A stretch of 64,000 bases of DNA from contig OZ024741.1 of assembly GCA_964016885.1 (NCBI GenBank), positions 330,894,001 to 330,958,000 of the forward strand, read 5' to 3'. Positions 12,994-26,386 of this stretch are shown here, piece by piece (position 1 is the stretch's first letter; every line of letters begins with the position of its first letter). The notes beneath the pieces are model-generated. The model saw only the letters and a list, made by a program, of their open reading frames with translations, ran no database searches and was not told the DNA's origin. The translations under genes were made by a program, and so were the position numbers. Source of the DNA: Eledone cirrhosa (taxonomy: Eukaryota).

Positions 12994-15900
12994 TTAATTG
13001 TAAGTTGTGATGTTGCTGTTCCACTCATATTTTCTATTTAATTTTGGTTGTAATTCTTTTATGTTTATTGCCTCTGTAATTTGTCTAAACATTGCGTCTT
13101 TTCTGTGTGTAGTTTCTATTTTTATTTCTATGTTCTCTAATTTACCCTTGTGTTCTATTTTAGCATGTTGGTAGAGTACAGATGATTCTTTACTATCTTG
13201 AAGGTCTCGCCAGTGTTCATTTATCCGTTCCCCTACACTACGAGCTGTCTCACCTATGGACACTATATTTTTGTCTCTACATTGTCCTTCGGTACATCTT
13301 ATGCTATACACTACATTTCTAGTTTTACAGTTAATATGGGAGCTTATTTTACAGGTTATACATTTCTTATCTATACATGAGGGTCTTTGAAAAGGGTAAT
13401 GAGTGTTTTTACGGAGGTACCTGGTCTTTCTACTATCTTAATATTGAGTTTATGTTTATTGAGGGCCCTTCTAAATTTGTAAGCTAATTCACCTCTAGGG
13501 GTTGTATCGATGAACATTACACTCTGGTATTTATTGCTATCATACCATGAGTTTATTCTATTAGCCTTGATCCTAGTTCTTTCTATTCTATTCCAAAATT
13601 TGCTCCTATACAAGGGGCAGGTCCCATTTATGTCATTATTTACCATTTTTTCCCATTTGGTTCTGGCTCCTCTATACACTCTGATTTTATCTCTCTGATT
13701 GTAGCCAGAGAACTGCATACGGTGGATGAAGTATTGTATGTGTCTCTCTAGTTCTTCGGGGTTGCACATGCGGGACACGTTTCTCATCACCCGTACCAAA
13801 TCCGCAATCAGTATTTTGATTTCGGTATGATCCGAAACGGCCGAGTTTCGGTGGATCAGATGTTTGGAAGTCATGGGTTTGGCATAATGGGAATGGAGGA
13901 TTTGTTTTTTATTATTAATGGTATCAAACCAGAGCTCTGTGTCTAGTACAGGTAATCGATGGTTGGGGTGTTTACTTGGGTAGTCTATAGTAACTCTAAT
14001 GCTCTGGTGGATGGAGTTAGCTATTTGCTGGATGCTTTCCATTGTGTTTTTCTCTAGTTCCTGACTGTTCTCTAGTGGGGGTGTCTTAACTACGATGTTT
14101 ATATCATCAACGTAGCGGGAGTACATTATCAGGGTTAAGGGGTCTTCTAATTGTTCTTTAAGTTTAAGTTTAAGTCTACTGTCCCACCATACCATGAATA
14201 AGTTAGCTATGTCGCATGCAATGCTAACACCAATGGCTGCTCCTTCCTCTTGGGCATATGTTTTTCGATTAAATTTGAACATATGTTCCTTAAGGGTTAG
14301 TTTTATGCTGGCCCCTACCGCATGTGCAATCATTTTCTTCAGTTCCTCGTGGTTTTCGGGTGTCCGTATGGCTCTGGTCCACCCGTTCCATCTATCTGTG
14401 TGGGTTTTCTTGGCCATTGAGGTAATGGTAGGTGGTCTGCCTCTTGCTGGTCTTGTAGGGCACAGGTTGCTAAGGTCATATGTGTCTAGGTAATTATTAC
14501 TATAGGTAAGTTTAAGTAGGAGTCCCAGCTCATTGGTATCAATCCCACGGAACTCAACATTGCTCTCACCGATCATTTCTACGCATTTCTCCACAGCAAA
14601 ATCCACGTCAATAGATGGATACAGGGACACAACATCCATACTACCTATTATGCAGTTTGTTAGGTCCCTAGATCGGTTACTCACGCCGATTCTGCTGAGG
14701 AGGTCCTCCGTGCTGTCACATACATCTGGGGACATTTCAATGATGGGGCGTATGATCAGGGAGAGGAAGTAGGACAGTCTGTAGTTACTAGCAATGTTAG
14801 CTCCACAGACTGGCCGTGTTGGTGGTCCCGCGACAGGGTCACTGCCCGTTTTATGGTCTTTTCAAAGCCCATACAACGCCGGCACGTCATTGTTCCAGGC
14901 CTGGAAGTTGTTGGCAGTCCTTTTGTTGGGCTGCATTATATTCGTCCACATCACCATATGGGCATTGAGGGCTTTTTCTCTATCCTCATGCTCCTGTGGT
15001 GTTACCTCTCTTGTGTTAGTGATGTGGGGTTGCATTGCCTGGATGTAGTTTGGCAGGCTGTCAACCGACATTCTGCCAGACTTGTCTGTTGGAAAGCATG
15101 CTATCTCTCCATTACGCGAGCGCTGCATGAGCTTACGCAAGCCATTTGCAGATTTTTCTCCCAGTTGCTGGGCCTCCATTCTATTATGCTTCTTGCTATA
15201 CTGTTCTATAATATTTCTAAGTTCGGATCTAGTTATACTAAATTGTGCTTCTGTTTGTTCATCGACCTGCGACGGCAATTGCGTGCGTTTGTTAAATGGT
15301 AAAGTCGTGGCGTGGACTCGTCGCAGGTCGAACGATTTATCGGAGGGATTATAAAACGTAGAGTTCCAGGCTGCTGCTTTATGTGTACTAGTGCTATTGT
15401 TATTGTTAGTTGTGTTGTTTCTATTTCTATTTCCACCAACAGCCTCATGGTTGTTTCTATGTCTCTCATAATTACTCCTGTCTCTTTCCACTGGCTCATT
15501 GTTGTTATCTACCCTATTTTGTGTGTCTGTGTGTTCGTCTTGGTTATTTTCTTTGTCCTTAGTCTCCCTTCTCCTTTTAATCCTATTACTTTCCCTTATT
15601 TCTGTGATTTCTGTGCTACTGTCATTACTTGTTTTCTGTGTCTGTGTGTTTGTTAAGACTGTGGTGGTGGTGAGAGGCATTGAATATGTGTGTGTGTTGT
15701 TGTTGTTGATGTGTGCTGTTGTTGATGTGTGTTGTTGTTGTCTCCGTGTGTGTTATTATTGTTGTGTGTGTTGTTATTGTTGTTTGTGTCTGCGTGTCTG
15801 TTGTTGTTGTTTCTGGGTATGTTATTATTGTTGTTGTTGTTGTTGGTGTGTGTGTTGTTGTTATTGTTGTTTGTGTCTGTGTGTCTGTTGTTGTTGGAAT

Positions 15901-16400
15901 GTGTGTTGTATATGTGTGTGCGTATATTGTTGCTTTTGTTTTTGTTTTTGTTTTTGAGGCTCCAGCGTAGTTTTGTAAATGATTTTTCTATTTCTGACAG
16001 ACAACTAATCATATTTACCTTCTTGAATGTCGCAAATTTCGGTGGAAGTTGTAATGCAGATAATTCATCGTTATCTATCATTGTGTTGCCGTATATATTT
16101 GTGTTGTTGTTGTTGTTGAACTCATCTGTTAATAAGGTGTCGGCCATATTTATACCGTCAATTTTGTCGGGATATCTATTGGTATTCTCTATAGTATCCT
16201 GATTTAGCTTTATCTGCTTAAGCCACTTTAGTTTCTTGTTAAAGTGCTTATCCCATTCTTGAGTAATGTACTGTTCTTCAGGACGTATAAGGCTTATAAA
16301 TATTAGTTTCTCTCTTGGTGTGGTGATCCTAGCTATTTCTTGTATTAGGTTACGCTTATGTTTTTCTTGATGACTTAATTCTCTATAGATCTTTTTTATG
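12994..16400 (-). pseudogene. PLE RT-GIY-YIG polyprotein, disrupted
   Basis: TGA at 14862-14864 in PALYGL(R)KDHK, 10-nt deletion at ~13397, frameshift in the poly-Asn linker near 15660. Confidence 0.88.
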
Positions 16401-16417
16401 TTTTATGCATCCACCGT

Positions 16418-17152
16418 ATGCAGTTCTCAGGCTACAATCAGAGAGATAAAATCAGAGTGTATAGAGGAGCCAGAACCAAATGGGAAAAAATGGTAAATAA
16501 TGACATAAATGGGACCTGCCCCTTGTATAGGAGCAAATTTTGGAATAGAATAGAAAGAACTAGGAACAAGGCTAATAGAATAAACTCATGGTATGATAGC
16601 AATAAATACCAGAGTGTAATGTTCATCGATACAACCCCTAGAGGTGAATTAGCTTACAAATTTAGAAGGGCCCTCAATAAACATAAACTCAATATTAAGA
16701 TAGTAGAAAGACCAGGTACCTCCGTAAAAACACTCATTAGCAAGACATACCCTTTTCAAAGACCCTCATGTATAGATAAGAAATGTATAACCTGTAAAAT
16801 AAGCCCCCATATTAACTGTAAAACTAGAAATGTAGTGTATAGCATAAGATGTACCGAAGGACAATGTAGAGACAAAAATATAGTGTCCATAGGTGAGACA
16901 GCTCGTAGTGTAGGGGAACGGATAAATGAACACTGGCGAGACCTTCAAGATAGTAAAGAATCATCTGTACTCTACCAACATGCTAAAATAGAACACAAGG
17001 GTAAATTAGAGAACATAGAAATAAAAATAGAAACTACACACAGAAAAGACGCAATGTTTAGACAAATTACAGAGGCAATAAACATAAAAGAATTACAACC
17101 AAAATTAAATAGAAAATATGAGTGGAACAGCAACATCACAACTTACAATTAA
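16418..17152 (+). CDS. PLE RT thumb + GIY-YIG endonuclease, uninterrupted in the inverted arm
   Basis: 244-aa ORF: CIDKKCITC linker, VVYSIRC, IGETAR, RINEH, EAINI, LNRK. Confidence 0.75.
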   Translation: MQFSGYNQRDKIRVYRGARTKWEKMVNNDINGTCPLYRSKFWNRIERTRNKANRINSWYDSNKYQSVMFIDTTPRGELAYKFRRALNKHKLNIKIVERPGTSVKTLISKTYPFQRPSCIDKKCITCKISPHINCKTRNVVYSIRCTEGQCRDKNIVSIGETARSVGERINEHWRDLQDSKESSVLYQHAKIEHKGKLENIEIKIETTHRKDAMFRQITEAINIKELQPKLNRKYEWNSNITTYN

Positions 17153-17539
17153 GGACAAAATGAAAACACACACACACGCATAGAACAAACAACCAACCAG
17201 TAACATGTAAATAAACAAATAAATAAATGAACATAAACACACACAGACACCCGGATGTGGCGCATGCGCAGACTGAGCACACAACACACACACAGAAACA
17301 AAATGGCGTAGGACAGAACAAAGGAGAGGCACAGAAACAAAGAAAGGAATCCCCAGTCACTGAAGAGGTCACAGAGTGTGTGACGAAAGAACTATGACAA
17401 TATATAAACAACTATCTGGTTGTGGAACCAACCAACCAACCAAAAATTTATAAATTTATTATAAATTTATTATAATAAATTGAAGTGAAAGCAACTGGTG
17501 CGTATGTTTCTTATTGGCAACATGACCCTCCCAAAGTAT

Positions 17540-17601
<62 letters not shown>

Positions 17602-17604
<3 letters not shown>

Positions 17605-18597
17605 ACTTTGAATAACTTTGAAATGTTTTGGCCAGTATTGGCCCAGGCCATGTCTAACTTAATACCACCACCTGGCGAAGTCTCTCAATTAAGGATTTGG
17701 GCACCATGGCCCATTCGAGAAGGGAATTACTGTTTGCGGAGACATATCCGGGTGTTGGTGGTTTGTCCAGGATTACTTGGAGGAATTTGTCCAAAGACTT
17801 CTTGAATTTTGTGTGGTCAGTTTCTGTTTTGACGTGTCCTGGTGTGATGTTGAAGAGAGCAGGGCCAATTGAGGTGAAATAATTGTGCCGTATTGTTGTT
17901 ATGAGTTGCGATTTAGATTTTTGTTTGGGACGGATAGCACGGGGCTCAAGCCTTGGGTGTATCTTGAAGGTGATGCCAACGTCATTTGGGCAGTGCTGAT
18001 GAAACATTTTCTACATCATGCAGATAATATAACGCTTACGGCGACGTTGGAGTGAGTAAAGTTTCAGCTTTTCTAGTCGACCCCAGTAGTCAAGGTCTGA
18101 CATGCCATCTATCTTTTTTGTGATTGCCCTTTGGGGAGCTTCAAGTTTCATGATACTTTGTTTCGTGTGGGGAGACCACAGTGGACAACAGTATTCAAGG
18201 TGTGGTCGGGCAAAAGTGGAGAAGAGAAGGATAATGGTGTGGGAATCTCTCGACTGGAAAGTTCTGAGGATCCAGGAACACATTCTGCGGGCCATGTCAA
18301 CTTTGCTGCTTATATGCGTGGCCCAGCTTATGTTGCTGTCCACAGTTACTCGCAAGTCTCTGATGTTGTTAGATGCCACGAGAGTTTCACCGGAGGGAAG
18401 GGAGTACGGGAGTTTCAGAGCATCCTCTTTTCCAAAGTGGATCAGTTCGAATTTGTCTTCATTCAGTAACATGTTGTTCTTTTCCGCCCATTGGGTAACA
18501 GCCAGTAGGTCTGACTGAAGGCTTATCCAGTCATCCACGCCATTGATGACCTTCTGGAGCTTGGAATCATCAGCGAAAATTCTAATGTTGCTGTAAT
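17602..18597 (-). mobile_element. 5'-truncated CR1/L2-group LINE
   Basis: FADDSKL, LNEDKF, RPHLEYCCPLWSP, FKKSLDKFL; short tandem 3' tail (TTCAAAGTTA)2. Confidence 0.88.
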
Positions 18598-18672
18598 GCA
18601 ACTCTACTACCCTAAGTATTAAGTACTTTGGTGAGTTATGGCCCATCTGGTTACTTACCACATTTCCTTTGT

Positions 18673-18725
<53 letters not shown>

Positions 18726-18729
<4 letters not shown>

Positions 18730-20396
18730 TTAAGGATACTATTTATGGTTATGTATATAAGGCACTAATCATGGCCATGGACAATAGTGACCTGACTAGA
18801 CCCCAGATTGATGTCATACTTGCGGCCCGTAAAACCGTAATCACCTTTGAAGACCAATTATGGACCCGCAAAGATACGCAAAACAACTTCGACATAACCA
18901 TGGGATCTAGTGACTCGCCGCAGGTCACTGATTTGGTTGGCCTATATTTACTTAACGGAATCCATAAGGACCTTCCATACCTCAACGGTGGTTTGTACCG
19001 CGATGATGCACTTCTACTTATAGACTATAAAAAATTCGATATAGAAAGAACTAGAAAACTATTACACAAGACATTCAAAAACTATAACCTTAGTATCACC
19101 ATGGACAAAAACACTAAAAACGTTAACTTCCTGGACGCCACCCTCTACCTAGACTCAAAGATATATACACCTTTCCATAAACCTAATGAAAAACTCATTT
19201 ACGTAGATACCAAGTCTAACCACCTTAGATCAATATTAAACTCTATCTCTAAGGGAGTACCCAATAGAATCTCTAATCTATCCTATGACGTAAACATATT
19301 TAGCAAAAACTCGCAATATTATAATCAGGCATTAGCTAGATCAGGCCATAATATAGAGATCAAGTTCCTACCTACAAAAACACATAGCTACAACATTATT
19401 TCGCACAATATGTCCATGAGGAAATTTAGTAATAAGAATAGCAACCACACACACACTAATACGGAGGATGCCAACAAAAGTAACCCACACCACAGAAATT
19501 ACCATAGTACCATAAAAGGAAACAACTCACCAGACATAAAAAACAAAAATAGAAGAAGAAATAATACATTTTTCAACCCACCTTTCAATCTAAACGTCTC
19601 TACCAACCTACCTAGGGCTTTCTTCTCACTACTAGATAAAAACTTCCCATCTGGCCACAAGTACCATAGCCTTTTAAACAAAAACACTATTAAAATCGCC
19701 TACTCTACTATGCCTAACATAGCATACCACATAGCTAGTAGCAATAAAAGAAAAATTAATTCTTACTTCCAACAAACTAAATCACAACAGACGATAAACT
19801 TTCAAAATAACATTATATCAACTAACCCTAATAACAATAGTAATAATAGTAATAGCACTAGTGTAAGCAATAACGCTGGGAACGACAACCCCCATAACCA
19901 TAATCCTATAGCTACCATCCAGACTTCTACACAACATAATAACCGGCAGACTAACACCCAGAATAATTGTAACTGTAGATCAAATAGAACCTGCCCTTTA
20001 GATAAAAGATGCTTAATCAAGGATATCACATACTCATGCACCGTCACAACTAGCAACTCTTCTGAAACCTATATAGGCTCTACTTCAAACTGCTTCAAAA
20101 CCAGATACAATTCGCACCTCCACTCTTTCAAAAAACACAGTCTAGCCAACTCCACTTCACTATCTAGCTACATACACTATCTAAAAACTAAAAATAAATC
20201 TTATACACTTAAATGGGAAGTGATAGGTAACGCGACATCGTACAAACCACCTAATAAATTTTGCAACCTCTGTCTACTAGAGACCCATACTATTATCTTC
20301 TCAAACCATAACCTCCTTAATAAAAAATCAGAAGTGTTCGCGTCTTGCCAGCACCGCTTCCGACACTCCTTCCAAAACTTTAAACCCAATATATAA
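18726..20396 (+). CDS. PLE RT (partial) + GIY-YIG, uninterrupted frame
   Basis: ORF 18669-20396; the N-terminal YI residues come from the flanking TA tract. Confidence 0.8.
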
Positions 20397-21863
20397 CAAT
20401 GTCAGACTTGAACCTGTCACCACCTCTAGCAACAAACCTCAAGGGCACACCTTACACCACATCTCCACACTCAATGATCCACCCTATCTTAACACAAATA
20501 GTGACATCCTTCTAGAACCTTTTACCCTAGAGATATCCCCATGTACATCTACTTTTAGTATAATTGCCTTCAATTACTTAGACTACATTACACCACTATA
20601 TAATTAATGTAAACTTTAAACACTGAATTGGTTGTGCTAATGTTGTTCTGTGTATGGAGTGCCATCATTGGATAAATGGAAGATTAATTAATTTATTAAC
20701 ATAAAAGAACTATATAACCTATATGCTGAGTGCAATGAATTATGTACAAGTGATGTATGAGTTATACATATATGTATGACTTGATGGTCAGATTAGTGAC
20801 ATTGTAAGTGAGAATTGATCTCTGGTCTACCCTAGTGATATTTAACTTTGTCATGCAATTAGACATGCACTGACCCAGAGCTTACCAGGAGTTATATATA
20901 AAAGTGTTCTAATAAAACCCTGCCAGGTTCTGCGGGTAGACTACACTTACAAAGATCATTGATTTGGGGATCTGACTCTTCATGTGGAATATTCAGTTGT
21001 GGCTCTCTATGATAGAGGGTAATCATCCTAATATGAACACCTTTAGTACTTCTTGATAGACTACACTGTAGTTTATAGATAGGATACTTAAATTTAGAAA
21101 CTGTTTATAACCTTATATGATAGGGACTCATTTGAGACACCATTTAATGTACATTAGGATAATAAATTTAGTTATAGAAATCAGCTAGTTACCTCGCCTC
21201 ACGCATTAACTCCCCTTAATCACACACACACTTCCGGAAAATAATACGATGTTAATTCTCGCAACAAAAACAACTTGCTCTATAAAATTGGATTAAAGAA
21301 CAACAAGCTGTAATATTCTAACATAATTCATCAAGCATCCAATATTGAATCATCGTAGATTATGTGAAGGACATATAATCTATATATTACGTTTCCTGGA
21401 TTGTGAAAATGGTGGTGTATACGAAAACCATAACATTGTTTTGCTTCACATTTTTAATATTTCTCTGCACACAAGCTTCTATATCATACATATAAAAATA
21501 ATACTTTACCAATACAACCCCCATAATACTCTTGATTGCCTGCTTAAAGTGCTTGTATTACATATAACACCCTGCCGCACTATAATCTTATATAAATAAG
21601 ACACACGTGCATGCCCCATGTGTAACTATTGCATACACTAACTAATTCTAACTATCCTCTTGCATTATCTTCGTAAACTGCCATTGTTGTATTTTAACTT
21701 TAATTTTGTTTTCTTTTAATATGACTTTAATCTTTGAATGTAAACTGCCATGCTAAAATATTATAATGGATGTCAACCCACTGTGCATCAATAAATACAT
21801 ATGTTTCTGTATGTCTCTTGTGTTGGAAAGAGGTCATGTATGTAAACAATCATTGAAAAATTG

Positions 21864-21914
21864 CTCTGAAGACTCCAAACATCGGTTTGGAAGAAACAAT
21901 TGTAAGAGAATAAA
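21864..21914 (+). ncRNA. Type I hammerhead ribozyme in the PLE 3' end
   Basis: CT-CTGAAGA-cTCCAAAC[atcg]GTTTGGAa-GAAAC-AATT-GTA-AG, then AATAAA; stem I is weak. Confidence 0.82.
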
Positions 21915-22211
21915 TGGTTTGAACAGAACTTTGATTCATGTAATTTCTATAATTTCTATATATATATATATGCATTTATATATATTTGTATGTATATATA
22001 TGTGTTTGTATATATATATATATTCTTTCTGATAAACTTTAATGCAGCTTGATGAAATGCATCCAATTCACATAACATATGATGAAAAAATATCAAGTAA
22101 AAAACAAAATAAATATGTTCTTAAACGGCTTTGTTTCTTATATCTTGTGTATTTATATTGTAACAGTAAACAGTGATGTGTCAATAATTGAGGTGTTAGT
22201 TTCAAGATGTG

Positions 22212-22249
<38 letters not shown>

Positions 22250-22252
<3 letters not shown>

Positions 22253-22445
22253 TAGTTAGCTGAGTAACAACAGTTACATGTGGTGAGCTTTTCAATGCTG
22301 TTATGAGGTCCATTTCATTTGGGTTGTATTCCAGTATTAGGGCTGTAGTGTGCAGAGTGTAAATAGATTTAAAAGATTCAAAGTCAGTGTTGCAGCATAT
22401 GTATAGACTTTATTTGCATATTACAATTGTTTCGATATCAATCAG
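22250..22445 (-). mobile_element. pLTR tail with the 3' half of a hammerhead
   Basis: Minus strand GAAAC-AATT-GTA-atatgc-AAATAAA at 22409-22433; 5' half replaced by the adjacent RTE. Confidence 0.55.
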
Positions 22446-25400
22446 CTCACGGTACAATCAAAGTGGCGGGGTCTGACTCGTTAAACCAAGTTCTGCTCAG
22501 TGCAGACACGAAGCGGACGGAGGCTCCATAAACCATAGCATAGGCAACCTGTCTCGGAGAACTACCACTCTGAATAAAATGGTGCTGAGTAGAGAAGTCC
22601 CCTAAGTCCAGTAAGACAACTTCCCTAGTGCTGGTGGCACGAATAAAAGCACTCAGTCCATGTTGTAAAATGGAGGGGTGGATAGGGCCCCTGAGTCCAC
22701 TAAGATGACCTCTCTAGTGCTGGTGGCACGAATAAAAGCATCTAGTCCATGCTGTAAAATGGAGGGGTAGAGAGGGCCCCCGAGTCCAGTAAGGCAACCT
22801 CTTTAGTGCTGGTGGCACGAATAAAAGCACCTAGTCCATGCTGTGAAGTAGTGCTGGTGTTGGGAAGGGCATCCAACCAGTATATATACTACTGCCAAAA
22901 ACTATGAGCACAACAAATGAGATTTAAAACAACTGCGTAAACAGCAATAACACTTACCATGTTAGGGCTAGGCATGGCAGTGGGGTGGCTGGTGTGGCCA
23001 TGTGCGAGAACCTCCCGACCGTCATCAAGCAATCGCACAACAACGACAACTTCTTAAACAGCAATAACACTAACCATGTTAGGGCTGCGCACGGTAGCGG
23101 GGTGGCTGCTGCGGCCATGTGCAAGAACCCGCCGACCGTCATCAAGCAATCGCACAACAGGAAAAAGAACAAGATGTCGCATCTCTGAGTTGTCACACTT
23201 AATGTTGGCACTCTAACAAGTAGATCTGGTGAGATAGTGGAGATGCTGGAGAGAAGGCATGTGGATGTGTGCTGCATGCTGCGTGCAAAAGGTGAGATGG
23301 AGAGGTGCCTCTGCAAGACAAATCGCAAGCAAACATCTTAGTTATAAGCTTTTCTGGGTGGGTAATGATGATGGGTTAGGTGGGGTAGGCATTTTACTAG
23401 CTGAGAGATGGATCGATAAGACAATAGAGGTAGTTAGAGTTAGTAATAGAATAATTAAGCTTAAATTAGTTGTAGGCAAGACACTACTGACAATCATCTC
23501 TGCCTATGCTCCCCAGGCAGGCCTAGGTAAAGAAGAGAAAGACTGCTTTTACAAACAGCCACAATGACAGAGGACGGAGACATCGTTATGTTAGCAGGGG
23601 ACTTCAATGGTCATGTTGGACAGCTCCAGGATGGATACACTGGGGTACATGGTGGGCATGGTTATGGCTCAAGAAATAAAGAAGGAGTGAGGCTTCTTGA
23701 ATTTTGTGATGCAAGTGCACTAACCATTTGCAACACTAACTTCAAGAAACCTACCAACCACCTAATAACCTACAAATCAGGCGAGCACATAAGCCAGATT
23801 GACTTCTTGCTAGTTAGGCAGCGAGACAAACAGATGGTGTCAAATACTAAGGCATACCCTGGGGAAGAATGTACACCACAACATAGGTCGTTAGTGACAT
23901 CTCAGTAAGCATGAGAAAGAATGAGGCATACAGGAAGGTGTGGAAAAGAAAGGTCTGGAAGCTAAAAGACTTTTCACAAAAATATAAATTTAGGAAAGCC
24001 CTTCAAGATGTTTATGACGAAAAAGAAGACAATTTAGAGTCGTATGAGATAGATGATAACTGGAATTTTTTACATGACAACTTACTGCAGGCGACTGAAG
24101 AAATTTGTGGCTGGAGCAGAGCTCCAACCAGACAGAGTGACCTGGTAGTGGAACAGCATGGTAGATAGGGCCATTAGAGACAAAAGACTAGCATAGAACG
24201 CTTGGAAAAATGGTAGGAGTAGAGAAGAATACACAGCCGCTAACACAGAGAAGCTAGACGGCAGGTGTACTTAGCACGCAGGGAGGCTGAGAGTAGGAGA
24301 TTTGCCAATGTTCTGTGACGGGAAGATCAGAGACGTGCGGTGTTCTGCATTGCAAGGCAGTGTGACAGTGCAAATCAGGATGTTGTTGGAAATAAGTGTG
24401 TCCGGAATGATGCTGGTGTACTTAGTGTCACGAATGATCAGAAAAAGGAGGCCTGGAAATGCCATTATGAAAGACTGATGAATGTGGAGAACGAATGGAA
24501 GAGAGAGAAATTACCCCCAGTTGACTTGACAGAGGGACTAGCTATTGAGATTGACAAATATAGGGTCCAATATACAATTAAGGAATGAAAAATGTAAGGC
24601 CGCTGGACCGTTGAAGGCATCTGGAGAGGTAGGCACTAAACTGGTTGCACGCATCATCAATCAGGCTATATATGGTGGTGTCATACCCAAAGACTGGTGC
24701 AGCAGTATTCTCATAAATTGCTACAAAGGTAAAGGAGATGCTCTGGAGAGGAGAAATTATAGGGGCATAAAGCTGATGGATCAGGTTATGAAAATGGCAG
24801 AGAGAATATTAGCGCAACTGATTAGAGAAAGGGTCAAATTAGATGAGATGCAGTTTGGTTTTGTGTCTGGGAAAAGTACAACAGATGCCTTCTTAGTGAA
24901 ACAACTACAAGAGAGGTTCTTAGAGAAGAATAAGCCACTATACTTAGCTTTTGTTAATCTAGAGAAGGCCTTTGATAGGGTACCCGATCTGTCATCTGGT
25001 GGTCCTTATGGAAACTAAGTGTTGAGGAATGCTTGTGAGGACAGTGCAAGCTATGTACAGGGGTGCTGTCAGTAAAGTGATAGTAGGAATGAAGTTTAGT
25101 GAGGAATTCCAGATATAAGTAGGAGTACATCAGGGTTCGGTCCTCAGCCTGCTCTTGTTCATTATAGTCCTCCAAACCATTCAGAAGAGTTTAAGACTGG
25201 CTGCCCATGGGAACTTCTCTATGCTGATGATCTGGTTCTTATAGCGGAATCAGTATAGGAGCTAGAGAAGAAATTCTGGCTATGGAAACAGCAGTTGGAA
25301 TCAAGAGAACTGAGAGTGAACATAGCTAAGACAAAAGTGTTGATAAGTAGAAAAAAGGATAAAACTTTGATTCCATCAGGGAACTGGCCATGTTTGATAT

Positions 25401-26128
25401 ACAGAAAAGGAACTGGCATAAATTCTATAAAATGTACGCAATGCAGATCTTGGGTAAACAAGAGATGTAGTGGGATAGCAGGCAAACTAACAGGTAGGGA
25501 AAACTACATATGCAGTAGATGTACAGGGAAAGTTGATGATCGTAATCACAGTGATAGACACATTTTTCCAATGCAGGTGGGTTCTATAGAAGTGGTTGAA
25601 ATCTTCCAGTACCTAGCTGATCAGATTAGCATGGAAGGGGAGTGTTCTGAGGCCATAGTATCTAGAATAAGGATGGGTTGGAAGAAGTTTAGGGAGCTGC
25701 TTCCTCTGTTGACAAAGAAGGGTTTCTCCCTGTGTACGGAAGGCCGGTTATATGATGCCTGTGTGAGATGTGTGATGCTGCATGGTAGTGAGACATGGGC
25801 AGCAACTGCAGAGGATATGCAACGGCTAGAGAGAAATGAAGCAAGCATGCTCTGTTGGATGTGCAATGTCAATGTGCGTGAACGACCAAGTATAGATGCG
25901 CATGGAGGATGACCGCTAGGTAAAGAAGTGTCAAGAAATCCCAGTAGAAGGAAGGCGCAGTAGAGGTAGACCACAAAAAACATGGGCGGATATGGTGAGA
26001 GGAGACCTCAGATCGCTGAGGCTCATGGACGAGATGACGAGAGACCGTGACAAGTGGAGAGATGCTGTGCTGAATGGGACCCGTCCCACCCTTGCAAGCA
26101 GGGAAAAGCGGACGTAAAATGATGATGA

Positions 26129-26132
<4 letters not shown>
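22445..26132 (+). mobile_element. Near full-length RTE LINE (older, more decayed)
   Basis: APE (SAYAPQ, GDFNGH, QIDF), RT (FVNLEKAFD, YADD), HGSETW, (GAT)n tail; tandem repeats in the 5' region. Confidence 0.92.
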
Positions 26133-26163
<31 letters not shown>

Positions 26164-26268
26164 GAAATAAAAGATAAAATAGAAAGATAAAGTGAGAAGA
26201 AGGAACGGAAAAAAATAAGAAAAAAATATTCTTATATATTATATGAATAAGATTTCAACACAAATGCA

Positions 26269-26345
26269 TGCTACTTAAGGTTTCAAACTTCAACCAGCAT
26301 AGGATGTAGCTGTTCTGTGTCTGCTCGTATAATTATCTTTAGGCA
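26269..26345 (-). ncRNA. Degenerate hammerhead motif in a TA-flanked island
   Basis: Minus strand TGC-CTAAAGA-(51 nt)-GAAAC-cttaa-GTA-GCA. Confidence 0.45.
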
Positions 26346-26386
26346 AAACTGGAAACTCTTGGCACTATATATATATATATTTATGC

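Larger units (their letters stand above)
18726..21957 (+). mobile_element. Second Penelope-like element (Nematis-like), 5'-truncated
   Basis: RT (DITMGS, GLYRDD, FLD), CNC..CP..C linker, GIY-YIG (ITYSC..YIGST..FKTRYNSH), CNLC/LLNKKSE; HHR near the 3' end. Confidence 0.88.

Noticed and set aside
14862-14864. In-frame TGA in the PLE ORF as possible selenocysteine (as in Naiad PLEs)
   Set aside because: It falls at the expected Arg of PALYGLRKDHK (CGA to TGA deamination), the element has other lesions, and its endonuclease is C-terminal, unlike Naiads
15499-16202. Cys/Val/Leu-rich plus-strand ORFs
   Set aside because: Antisense readings of the (AAC)n Asn linker of the PLE
25220-25235. CTGATGA as a hammerhead core
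   Set aside because: It is the YADD codons of the RTE RT, with no stems
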